DNA of 60,606 nucleotides. Origin: Dehalococcoidia bacterium UBA3088. GTDB taxonomy: Bacteria; Chloroflexota; Dehalococcoidia; UBA2247; UBA3088. The stretch spans positions 25,390-85,995 of the forward strand of contig DFBE01000039.1 in NCBI GenBank assembly GCA_002367275.1, in the 5' to 3' direction. The notes below the pieces were generated by a model, which was given only the letters and a program-made list of their open reading frames with translations, was not told the DNA's origin and searched no databases. Both the position numbers and the translations under genes were made by a program. Below are positions 10,175 to 18,589 of this stretch, in pieces; the first letter of the stretch is position 1; each line of letters begins with the position of its first letter.

Positions 10175-10465
10175 ATGTCTGACAAAGAGGAGTTTGAGTA
10201 TTCGGAGAAGACGAGTTCAGAGGAGGCCGGTGATTACCTGATGGAGTTGGGTAGGGGGATTCGCGACCACTCTCTGAAGCTTCAGGGCAAGGGGAAAGCC
10301 ATAACCCTTTTACCCGAAGATGTGGTTAAGTTAGAGGTCAAAGCAGAGCGCAGGGAAGGCAAAGGGGAGTTGGAGATAGAAATATCCTGGAAAGAAAAGT
10401 ATGTTATCTCTGCCGAGAAGCTAAAGGTCAGTTCAGCAGAAGCAGAAGAATCCAGCTCTCCATAG
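10175..10465 (+). CDS. amphi-Trp domain protein
   Basis: 96 aa with a strong RBS (AAGGAGG). An amphipathic N-terminal region is followed by a Glu/Lys-rich core ending in GELEIEISWKE with the single Trp. This matches my recollection of TIGR04354. Confidence 0.65.
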   Translation: MSDKEEFEYSEKTSSEEAGDYLMELGRGIRDHSLKLQGKGKAITLLPEDVVKLEVKAERREGKGELEIEISWKEKYVISAEKLKVSSAEAEESSSP

Positions 10466-10471
10466 TAATGT

Positions 10472-12019
10472 GTGGTTGAAGAAGGCTTACAGAACATTCG
10501 TCGTGACCTCATAAGGATGGGCCGCCTGGGGTCCAGGCAATTGCGGGGTGCTTTGCGCGCTTTTGAAAAGCTGGATCTGATAGAGAGCGAGAAGATCATT
10601 GAGGGTGATGATGTGTTTGATGCTCTCAATCTTTCCATAGAAGAGAAGTCTTATGGGCTTGCCGGTAGAGAGTTTGAGGAAGAGGAGAAAAGGTTTCTCC
10701 GCTCTGCTGTCAAGGTAAGCTCAAACCTGGAGCGTGTCGGTGATGCGGCTTGTCATATTGCCCGCCGGGTAAGTATAGCTTACTGGGAAAAGGCAGAGTT
10801 TATCCCTTTTAACCTAGGAGAGATGGAATCCATCGCCCTGGCGGCCATAAAGGAATCTCTGGATGCTTACCTGCAAAAGGACCTCCAGCTTACCGAGAGG
10901 GCCTGCCTGCGTGAGCCACAGTTAGATGCCATCTACCAGGAGAAGCTCACCGGGCTTCGTCAGAAGATGAAAGAAGACCCTCAACACATCACTTGCCTTT
11001 TGTACTGGTATACGGTGATGAAGTATCTGGAGAAGATATGCGACCACACCCTTAACATTGGGGAGCAGGCTATATTCCTCATAACCGGAAGGAGGCTGAA
11101 ATTCTCTCAGTATCAGCAACTGGATCGTCTGGTATCTCCGGAGACTTCCCTTAAGTATAGCTTCTATCCCTACTACGACGGCATAAGTGGGGCGGTGGTA
11201 GCCCGAATGGACGATGGCCAGGGAATGGTATTGTACAAGGAGGGGAATAAGAAAAAGATTGCTGCTGAGGCAGATAAGCTTTTGGAGTGGCAAAAGGTAT
11301 CCCCTTCTCTTACCCCCAGGGTGATCACCACTACCATTCAGGGGGATAGGGAGACTCTGCTGCGAGAGTTTGTGGCGGGGGATCTCCTCTCTGATCTTTA
11401 CTTATCGGATGGGAATATCCAGGAAAAAGAGGAAGCCACCCGGATCCTCTTCACGGTAGTGGTCGAACTCTGGGGATTGACCCTGAAAGAGGAAAAGCCG
11501 GTCATAGATTACGTCGATCAGATTCGCTCCCGACTGGGAGAGGTGTATGCCATGCACCCTTACTTAGAATACTTAGCTGGTGAAGAAGGCCTGGACATTC
11601 TCCTTGATGCTGCTAAGGAGCGTGAGACTTCTCTTTCCCCCTCATTTTCAGTGTGGCTCCATGGTGATTTCAACATTAACAATGTTGTGTGCCATAAAGG
11701 GCAGGTGAGGTTTATCGATGTCCATCGCTCTCATTATGGTGACTATCTCACCGATGCAGGGGTGTTTATGGTGTCCACCGTTCGCCAGCCTCATCTGAGA
11801 GATAAGGTGTGTCAGGATATGGAGAGGGTGAGGAGCATGGTGATGGATGCCATAGGGAGCTTTGCTCGAGCCAGAAAAGATGAAAATTTCTCCTCGCGGC
11901 TCAACTTGAGTCTGGCTCGTTCTTACATCACCTCCTCTCGAGTGGTGGTAGATGAACCTCACGCCCGATGGCTATTTGAACAGGGTGTAAATCTACTTAA
12001 ATGGGGGGTAAGCTCATGA
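10472..12019 (+). CDS. PhoU-domain / aminoglycoside-phosphotransferase-fold kinase fusion protein
   Basis: 515 aa. There are two PhoU repeats (LERVGDAACHIARR, LEKICDHTLNIGEQ). The C-terminal kinase motifs are LHGDFNINNVV and FIDVHRSHYGDYLTD (APH/choline-kinase type). Confidence 0.75.
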   Translation: MVEEGLQNIRRDLIRMGRLGSRQLRGALRAFEKLDLIESEKIIEGDDVFDALNLSIEEKSYGLAGREFEEEEKRFLRSAVKVSSNLERVGDAACHIARRVSIAYWEKAEFIPFNLGEMESIALAAIKESLDAYLQKDLQLTERACLREPQLDAIYQEKLTGLRQKMKEDPQHITCLLYWYTVMKYLEKICDHTLNIGEQAIFLITGRRLKFSQYQQLDRLVSPETSLKYSFYPYYDGISGAVVARMDDGQGMVLYKEGNKKKIAAEADKLLEWQKVSPSLTPRVITTTIQGDRETLLREFVAGDLLSDLYLSDGNIQEKEEATRILFTVVVELWGLTLKEEKPVIDYVDQIRSRLGEVYAMHPYLEYLAGEEGLDILLDAAKERETSLSPSFSVWLHGDFNINNVVCHKGQVRFIDVHRSHYGDYLTDAGVFMVSTVRQPHLRDKVCQDMERVRSMVMDAIGSFARARKDENFSSRLNLSLARSYITSSRVVVDEPHARWLFEQGVNLLKWGVSS

Positions 12020-12912
12020 AGATATGGGTAGCCGGAATGCCTGGCGGCTGGTCCAGTAAGAGAATGACCTCTACTTTGAGTAAACTGAAGATAGAAAGCT
12101 TTCTTTTTCCTCTCTCTGAATGTACTCTCAACCTCAAAACTGGCATTGTCTCCTGGGAAGGGGAAGACTTATCCGGGCTTGATGGTATAGTGGTGCGAAA
12201 ACTGGGGGATTCTGTAGATCTCCTCACCCCTTTTCGAGTGAACCTGCTCCATCAGCTATCCTCCCGGGGAGTGAGAGTGTTTAGCTCTCCCCAGGCCATC
12301 GAGGAGGCCAACGACCGCTACCGCATGAGCCTTAAGCTGTCCCAGGCGGGAGTCCCCATCCCTGAGACAGTGGTCACAGAATCAGTAGATGAGGCTGCCC
12401 GTGTGGTAGAGCGGTGGGAAAAAGCAGTGCTCAAGCCCTTATTTACCTCCAAGGGAAGAGGTATGCTCCTGCTGGACAGCGAAGAAGCCTATAGGTTGAC
12501 CCTTAAACATTGGCAAGATGAACAAAAGTTTCCCTTCTACCTACAAAGGTATATTCCCGCCCGATATGATATCGGGGTAGCTTTGCTGGGAAAGCAGATA
12601 CTGGGGGCTTACCAGAGGGTAGCTCCCGACCATGATGCCTGGCAGACCACCATAAGGTCGGGGGGACACTATGAACCCTTCTCACCCAACTCAGAGGTGG
12701 CCGAGCTTGCCCGCAGGGCGGCTGATCCGTTCGGGCTGGACTTTACCGTGGTAGACATAGTTCCCTGTGGTGAAGAATACCTGGTATACGAAGTCAGCGC
12801 CTTTGGAGGATTCTCCGGGCTGTGGGCTTGCGGGATAGATGCTGCCTCCATTTATGCCAACTACATCCTGGTCCACCTTTCCATCCCTAGGGAAAGCCTT
12901 GCTCGAGCTTGA
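12016..12912 (+). CDS. ATP-grasp ligase, RimK/MptN-like
   Basis: The ATG at 12016 overlaps the upstream TGA (ATGA). Starts MKIWVAGMPGG, with ATP-grasp blocks KAVLKPLFTSKGRGMLLL and YLVYEVSAFGGFSGL. Confidence 0.8.
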   Translation: MKIWVAGMPGGWSSKRMTSTLSKLKIESFLFPLSECTLNLKTGIVSWEGEDLSGLDGIVVRKLGDSVDLLTPFRVNLLHQLSSRGVRVFSSPQAIEEANDRYRMSLKLSQAGVPIPETVVTESVDEAARVVERWEKAVLKPLFTSKGRGMLLLDSEEAYRLTLKHWQDEQKFPFYLQRYIPARYDIGVALLGKQILGAYQRVAPDHDAWQTTIRSGGHYEPFSPNSEVAELARRAADPFGLDFTVVDIVPCGEEYLVYEVSAFGGFSGLWACGIDAASIYANYILVHLSIPRESLARA

Positions 12913-13945
12913 AGAAATCCTGGACCGGTACCATCCTCAGGCTGAAATGCATGTTCAGCTTTTGGACATAGCCTTCACCATCCAGACCAATAGTAGAGAA
13001 CTAATCCTGAGGCTTAAGGATTACTTTTCCCTATGGGTGAGGGAGGGTGGGGAAGACAAAGGACACATCATTCATGCCTTCGAAGGTCAGGGTGTGATTG
13101 ATCAGGGAAGGCTTATTGATCTTCCTCGCTCGAGAGGAAGGTCGGTGAAGGAGGCCTACTACGATACTCCTGATGGGAGGGTGGCCCTGAAGAAAAGAAC
13201 CGGATTGGTTATCTATGTTAAGGGGAGGGAGCGTTATGTGGTGGGAGAGCTCATAAAAAACCTGAACCAGGTGATAAATCTGGTGAATGAGGTGTATATG
13301 GAGGATTTCATGAACCGGGGTTATATCCTCCTTCATGCCTCGGGGGTGGTGGGGAGCGATGGAGGGGGAGTGATTATTTCCTCTCCATCAGGAGTAGGGA
13401 AAAGCACGATGGCTCTGGCTCTACTGGAGAGAGGATTCAGGTTCTTAAGTAACGATAGAGTGCTGATTGATGCGAAGGGAGATAGTGTGGATATGGTGGG
13501 GGTTCCCAAAAAACCCCGGGTCAACCCGGGGACCATACTGGCCCTTTCCAGCCTACATTACCTGCTATCCCCCCAAGAACTCAAGTTCTACTCTTCCCTG
13601 GATGAGGAGGAATTGTGGTATCTGGAGCATAAGTTCGATGTGGATGTAGATGGTATCTACGGCCCAGGTACCTTCGTGCTGCGAGGAAGGCTAGAGGCAC
13701 TCTATCTACTGAATTGGAGCCGGTGGGAAGAAAAAGTAAGGGTAGAGCCTCTCGTGCCTTCAGAAGGTCTATCTCTCCTTCGGCCCCAAGTTTTAAGCTC
13801 TAACCTGTACCGAAGGGAGATCAAGAGCCCCCAGGAAGTAGAATCGGAGCTTAGTCGGTTATGTGAGCGGGTGAGAATGTATCGTGTCGAAGGTGGAGTG
13901 GATGCAGAAGAGCTTTCCCAGGTTATAGCCCAAAGGCGGGGGTAG
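12839..13945 (+). CDS. HprK-related P-loop kinase (HprK-related kinase B type)
   Basis: LLHASGVVGSDGGGVIISSPSGVGKSTMALALLERGFRFLSNDRVLI aligns with the HprK/P catalytic core. The start is uncertain: ATG 12839, ATG 12854 or TTG 12899. All three overlap the ATP-grasp gene. Confidence 0.75.
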   Translation: MLPPFMPTTSWSTFPSLGKALLELEEILDRYHPQAEMHVQLLDIAFTIQTNSRELILRLKDYFSLWVREGGEDKGHIIHAFEGQGVIDQGRLIDLPRSRGRSVKEAYYDTPDGRVALKKRTGLVIYVKGRERYVVGELIKNLNQVINLVNEVYMEDFMNRGYILLHASGVVGSDGGGVIISSPSGVGKSTMALALLERGFRFLSNDRVLIDAKGDSVDMVGVPKKPRVNPGTILALSSLHYLLSPQELKFYSSLDEEELWYLEHKFDVDVDGIYGPGTFVLRGRLEALYLLNWSRWEEKVRVEPLVPSEGLSLLRPQVLSSNLYRREIKSPQEVESELSRLCERVRMYRVEGGVDAEELSQVIAQRRG

Positions 13946-13972
13946 CCGAAAGCAAAATGTAAGCCCGCTGTC

Positions 13973-14575
13973 TTAGGTGAGGAGGTCGAGGAGCCCTGTC
14001 CCCAGATAGACTTCCAGGAAGCTACGGGGCAACCTTCCGGCAAAGGTCAAAAGCAAGAACTTAACTACTGAGAAGCGGGTACTTCCGAAGGCGATGGCCA
14101 TGAAGTCGAACACACCCAGGGGGAAAAAGGCTAGTGCTGGTATGGTGAGCAGTCCATAGCGTTTGATCCAATCTTCAACCTGCCTGAGGATGGGGGAGTC
14201 ATCCCTCGCGCCCATTATCCTTCGACCCCCGTATCCGGCAGCGTAGCCCGTAATCTCCCCCAGTGACCCACCAATGCTGGCGGCTATAGGAACCAGCCAT
14301 TTAAGGTCAGCAGTCTGGGCAATGCTTAGGGTTATGGCCAGCCCAACCGGACCGGAGAAGGGGATCACTATGACCGTGGAACTACACAGAAGGCATACCA
14401 GGAAGGCTCCCTGGTAACCATACTTGGTGAGTTCATCGGGCAGGGTGGAGGAAAGTAAATAGGCCATCCCCCCCGATATGGCCAACACCACAACGACTAA
14501 TATCACGAACTCACGCCTTCTCTCCTTTATGAGCCGGGTGAACTCTTGCCAGAGCTGGGCGATAAAATTCTGCAT
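13973..14575 (-). CDS. YqaA/DedA-like (VTT-domain) membrane protein
   Basis: 200-aa ORF with 4-5 hydrophobic segments and general resemblance to small DedA/YqaA proteins. Confidence 0.55.
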   Translation of the reverse strand: MQNFIAQLWQEFTRLIKERRREFVILVVVVLAISGGMAYLLSSTLPDELTKYGYQGAFLVCLLCSSTVIVIPFSGPVGLAITLSIAQTADLKWLVPIAASIGGSLGEITGYAAGYGGRRIMGARDDSPILRQVEDWIKRYGLLTIPALAFFPLGVFDFMAIAFGSTRFSVVKFLLLTFAGRLPRSFLEVYLGTGLLDLLT

Positions 14576-14580
14576 CCCGT

Positions 14581-15420
14581 TTATAGTGCCGAAGCTAGAT
14601 ATGCTTTAAGTCCCATGTCTTGAGCCTTACGAAAGGCCAGGTTGGCCGCACGCTCATCTCTGAATATGGCAAAGAGGGCGGGGCCACTTCCACAGGGATA
14701 GACGGGAGGAAACCCTAAGTCCCCAAGCTTCCCTACGTACTCCTCTATCCCTGGGTAGAGGGTGGGCAAAAGATGGTGGAACACATTATAGGGAGTTACA
14801 TCCTGTCCTCGGAAAATCTTAGCCACCTCTCTTTGGACAATGTTCCCTCCCGTAAAGTCTGAATCCTTAAGAGCGGCGTATGCCCTCTGGGTCTTCCCCT
14901 CCTCCGCCATCTTCGGAGGGAGGAATATCACCGTCCAAAGGCTCTGAGCTTTGGGCAGGGGGATAACTTTCTCTCCCCGGCCTTCAACTCGGGCCAGCCC
15001 ACCGTAGATAAAAAAGGGAGCATCGGAGGAGACGGTAGAGGCAACTCCGGCCAGGTCGGAAAGGCTTAAACCTAAGTGGAAGCCTTCATTCAGTAGGTGC
15101 AGTAGGGCAGCCACGTCTGATGAACCACCCCCCAGCCCTGAGCTCAGGGGGATGTTCTTCTGGAGCCTCACGGAAACTGGCTCAAGGGCTTTCCCGAGCT
15201 TTCGCTCAAGGGCTTCCCTGGCCTTCAACATCGAATTCCCCGGTGATAGAAGTTCAGGGATATTGGAGGTCGAGTTTATTCTCTCTCCCACTTTGATCCT
15301 GATCACATCGTAAAGGTCGATGGTCTGGTTGATGGCTGATATCTGGTGATACCCCTGACCATATTCTCCCAGTACTTCGAGTACCAGGTTGATTTTAGCG
15401 TAGGCCTTTGCCATCAGCAT
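14581..15420 (-). CDS. ispE: 4-diphosphocytidyl-2-C-methyl-D-erythritol kinase
   Basis: 279 aa. N-terminus is AYAKINLVLEVLG, with the GHMP kinase motif PLSSGLGGGSSDVAA. Confidence 0.9.
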   Translation of the reverse strand: MLMAKAYAKINLVLEVLGEYGQGYHQISAINQTIDLYDVIRIKVGERINSTSNIPELLSPGNSMLKAREALERKLGKALEPVSVRLQKNIPLSSGLGGGSSDVAALLHLLNEGFHLGLSLSDLAGVASTVSSDAPFFIYGGLARVEGRGEKVIPLPKAQSLWTVIFLPPKMAEEGKTQRAYAALKDSDFTGGNIVQREVAKIFRGQDVTPYNVFHHLLPTLYPGIEEYVGKLGDLGFPPVYPCGSGPALFAIFRDERAANLAFRKAQDMGLKAYLASAL

Positions 15421-16225
15421 ACTTAAGAGTGTAGTACAATCTCAGCCAATCTTCGAGCGCAAGCTCTGAGGGCCGAAGATGAGGGGATATGTTGGCTCGA
15501 TGAAGAATCTCCTGTGCTTCTTTCGCTGATAGGCCGAGCCCGTAGCTCAGGGAATTCTTAATCTGCTTACGGGGGGCAAAAAATGATGCCCTTACCTTAG
15601 CCAGGAAGTCCTCCCTCTCCAGGAGTGGAACCTTGGGTGAAGCCAAAAGGTCTAGCCGCAGTATGGCCGATTCTACCTTGGGTGGAGGGAGAAAGTCTTT
15701 TCTGCCTACATAGCCCACGATGCATGCTTTAGCATAAAGCTCTATCTCTAAAGAAAGAGGGGTTCTTCTCTCTACAATGGCGTTGGCCACTTCCTTTTGC
15801 ACCATGACCACCATCATCTGAGGTGGTCTTTCGGACTTAAGAAAAAGGCGCAATATGGGTGAGGCTATGTAGTAGGGAAGATTTCCCACCACTTTGTATT
15901 CTCCATCCCCCAGGAGGCGGGTAAGGTCGACGGTTAAAATATCCGCTGCCACCACCTCTACCTGAGGGTAGGAAGACATGTTACGGGATAGAATGCGACA
16001 GAGCTTTTTATCCTGTTCTATAGCCAATACTCTCCCTGCAGTTTGGGCTAAGCTTTCTGTCAGTGTGCCCGTCCCCGCTCCTACCTCTACTACTACATCC
16101 TGGGATGAAAGTTCTGCTGCGGCAATTATCTTTTCTCTGACCACGCGGTCAACCAGAAAGTACTGTCCTCTTCTCTTTCTGGCCAGAAGGTGATGTGAGG
16201 AGAGAGCCTTCTCTGTCTCCTCCAA
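15395..16225 (-). CDS. rsmA: 16S rRNA (adenine1518/1519-N6)-dimethyltransferase
   Basis: Contains RRGQYFLVD and the VVEVGAGTGTLT SAM motif. The ORF-track start (16327) runs through the SRP RNA. I place the start at TTG 16225, preceded by AAGGAG (16230-16235). Confidence 0.8.
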   Translation of the reverse strand: MEETEKALSSHHLLARKRRGQYFLVDRVVREKIIAAAELSSQDVVVEVGAGTGTLTESLAQTAGRVLAIEQDKKLCRILSRNMSSYPQVEVVAADILTVDLTRLLGDGEYKVVGNLPYYIASPILRLFLKSERPPQMMVVMVQKEVANAIVERRTPLSLEIELYAKACIVGYVGRKDFLPPPKVESAILRLDLLASPKVPLLEREDFLAKVRASFFAPRKQIKNSLSYGLGLSAKEAQEILHRANISPHLRPSELALEDWLRLYYTLKYADGKGLR

Positions 16226-16236
16226 AACTCTCCTTA

Positions 16237-16507
16237 GGGCCGTGCACCCATTATCGACCCTCACCCTCAGGTTCTGTTCCTTTCCTCGACTCCAGCCAGG
16301 AAAGCCTGTATCACCCGGGGTCACCATTTACCGCTGCTCCCTTCCGGACCTGACGGAGTTCATAGCCTCCCGCCGCACAGGGCCCAACTATCAACATCGA
16401 GGTTTAAGGAAAAGCTACCCGGGGCAAAAAGCCTCAATAAGGAATTCCGCCCCGCTATAGCGGATTTCGGGTTCAGGGTACCGCTAGCTCCCCGCCTAGC
16501 ACGACCC
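16237..16507 (-). ncRNA. ffs: signal recognition particle RNA, long (Bacillus-type, Alu-domain-containing)
   Basis: The minus strand reads GGGUCGUGCUAGGCGGGGAGCUAGCGGUACCCUGAACCCGAAAUCCGCUAUAGCGGGGCGGAAUUCC, then GUCAGGUCCGGAAGGGAGCAGC, then GGGUGCACGGCCC. It has an Alu-domain 5' motif and the conserved S-domain motif. A 9-bp closing helix pairs the 5' GGGUCGUGC with the 3' GCACGGCCC. Confidence 0.85.
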
Positions 16508-16514
16508 ACGTAAA

Positions 16515-17348
16515 TTATACCAGACATCTTATCCTCTCTACCACCTCGTCTACTACCTCGGAAGGGGTGGAAGTGCCGGAGGCTACACCCACCCGAAAGT
16601 TCGAGGAAGGGCCAAGTTTCGAAACTCCGGGTGCGTTCTCTATGAACTGAAATGCTTTTCCCGCATCCAAACATATCCGGGCCAGATTTTGGGTGTTGGC
16701 AGAATTCCTTCCTCCCACGATAACCATCAGCTCCACTTTCAGGATAAGATGAGCTACCTCTTCTTGACGTCTTATTACCTCCGGGCAGATGGTGTTTACC
16801 GCTTGCAATTCTTTTAAGGAAGGAGCTAAGGGAAGGCTTAAGACAAAGCTCCAAAACGTGTTTGGCCGCTGTGTTGTCTGGGAAAGGCAAGCGATATGGC
16901 TTGTGTGGGATAAGAAGTCCTTAGCCTCCGAAGCGCAGGATGTGGCAATACCGTGATCTCCGGCATTCCCTAAAATCCCCTGAACCTCAGCATGCTTTTT
17001 ATCGCCAAAGATAATAACCCCGAAGTTTTGGTTGGCAAATTCGTGGGCAAGCTTCTGGGCTCTCCCTACGATGGGGCAGGTGGTATCCACTATCCGGAGG
17101 TTCCTCTTCTCTATTTGTTTATAGACCTCGGGAGGTTCACCGTGGGCCCGAATGGCTACTGCCTTCCCCTGAACCTCAGATAAATTATCCTGCTTTACTA
17201 TCCCCTTACCTTTTAGCCTCTTGGCTACTTCCGGGTTATGCACTGCGTCATGCAAGGTCTCAATGGGGGCCTCTTTCTCCAGTATACGAAGTGCCCTGGC
17301 TACACCGGTACAAAATCCGTAGGTCTTTACCCTCTCGACTTCTTTCAC
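16515..17348 (-). CDS. ispH: 4-hydroxy-3-methylbut-2-enyl diphosphate reductase
   Basis: 277 aa. N-terminus is YGFCTGVARAL, with conserved Cys and HNP motifs of the LytB family. Confidence 0.9.
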   Translation of the reverse strand: MKEVERVKTYGFCTGVARALRILEKEAPIETLHDAVHNPEVAKRLKGKGIVKQDNLSEVQGKAVAIRAHGEPPEVYKQIEKRNLRIVDTTCPIVGRAQKLAHEFANQNFGVIIFGDKKHAEVQGILGNAGDHGIATSCASEAKDFLSHTSHIACLSQTTQRPNTFWSFVLSLPLAPSLKELQAVNTICPEVIRRQEEVAHLILKVELMVIVGGRNSANTQNLARICLDAGKAFQFIENAPGVSKLGPSSNFRVGVASGTSTPSEVVDEVVERIRCLV

Positions 17349-17515
17349 TTATCTAAAAGTTCGACAATTTTGGCCTTCAATTCCTCATTTAGACAGGGAG
17401 AGAATACCCCTAGAGCCCAGCCTGAGTGGAGCATTTGGGAAGCCACCTTCAAAGCATTTCTATCAATTCTGGAGCGGGATAGTTCCACATTTCATAGACA
17501 AACATTATATGGGGT

Positions 17516-18589
17516 TTACACTGAACGGAGACTATAAACTCCCGCCAACCCTAGAAGTTTTAGGTTTATTGCACCAACATGGTCAGCTCCATCTTCGTAT
17601 CCGCACTTGATGCAATGAAATCTATCACCTCTACGGTTTCGTCTGTCCCAGTTGCCACAAAGGGGGCATCGCTGAGAGGTCTTCCAGGGGGATTTCCTTT
17701 GGAGCTGAACCCCGGACTCCCCACAATGTTGCTCCAACCATTTTGTGACCCTGGCATAAAGCCAATGAGACATCCGCCTATTATGCTCACGAGAGAACAT
17801 CCCCCGTGTTCGAGACTTCACATTCTTCAAGTTCTCAATAGTAAGAGTCCTAATATTACTTAAATCAAGCTCTTTTAGTTCATGAAAAGCTCTTTGCTCA
17901 ATTTGTTTGTGGGTGTGCTTCTCCCGTTTACTAAAGCTCTTGACATAGCTACTTATTCCTTCACCAACTACTTGCTCATTAGAGCAGACAGCCAGATTAA
18001 CATAACCTAAATCTAGTCCTTCCACTTCACCTTCGATTTTTAGTTTTGGAGCCTCCTTCTCAAAGAAGAACTCTATGAATAGCTTACCCTTTTTAATGAA
18101 CAATCATAAGCGACTTAGAAAGAGCAAAACCTTTATCAGTCCACTTGTTGCTAACCTTTGTTTTCTTAAACGGAAGATAGAAGGTGAAACCCAGAGGGGA
18201 GGTTGCCTTGCGCAGCAACAGGGCGATTGTAGTTTTAACCATTCAAATGAATTTTGCTCGCCAGCTATCCTCCAGAACCTGCTATCCAGGGTAGCGTTAA
18301 GTTCCTTGAAGTGAGGCATTGTTCTCTGCCTTTCAGACTTCTTTCTTTGGCTTTTAACTATCTCAAAGGCTTGTTTCGCAGCACATTGGATAAGTTAAGC
18401 AGTTAGGTTGAACCTTTGTTTAGCATCCTCAATGTATTCTCTCTCGAGATATTTGCCGTCAAACTTTTGCTCTGACCAAAGTCTAGCTATAAAATAGTTA
18501 ACACAGTTCTGGTAGACCTCCAGAAAATGATGTACTTGCTCCAGTTTTCCTTTGTTCAAGGGGCTGACCATCCTAACCGACCTAATCAC
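17516..18589 (-). pseudogene. tnpB: TnpB (IS605 OrfB-type RNA-guided nuclease), single frame interrupted by two in-frame stops
   Basis: One continuous 358-codon frame has TAA at 18395-18397 (codon 65) and TGA at 18104-18106 (codon 162). TnpB-like blocks lie on both sides: QCAAKQAFEIVKSQRK, the RuvC GLDLGYVN, and the zinc ribbon CPLCGN...CIKCG. Confidence 0.8.

Noticed and set aside
16360-16890. 176-aa minus-strand ORF overlapping the ispH 3' end and the SRP RNA.
   Set aside because: It is out of frame with ispH, which has clear LytB motifs. Its C-terminal part is simply the SRP RNA sequence translated, and its composition is Gly/Arg/Ser-rich.
17516-18589. Alternative genetic code or stop-codon reassignment as the explanation for the in-frame TAA/TGA in tnpB.
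   Set aside because: TAA, TGA and TAG all terminate well-defined housekeeping genes throughout the window at the expected protein lengths. A standard code with nonsense mutations is simpler.
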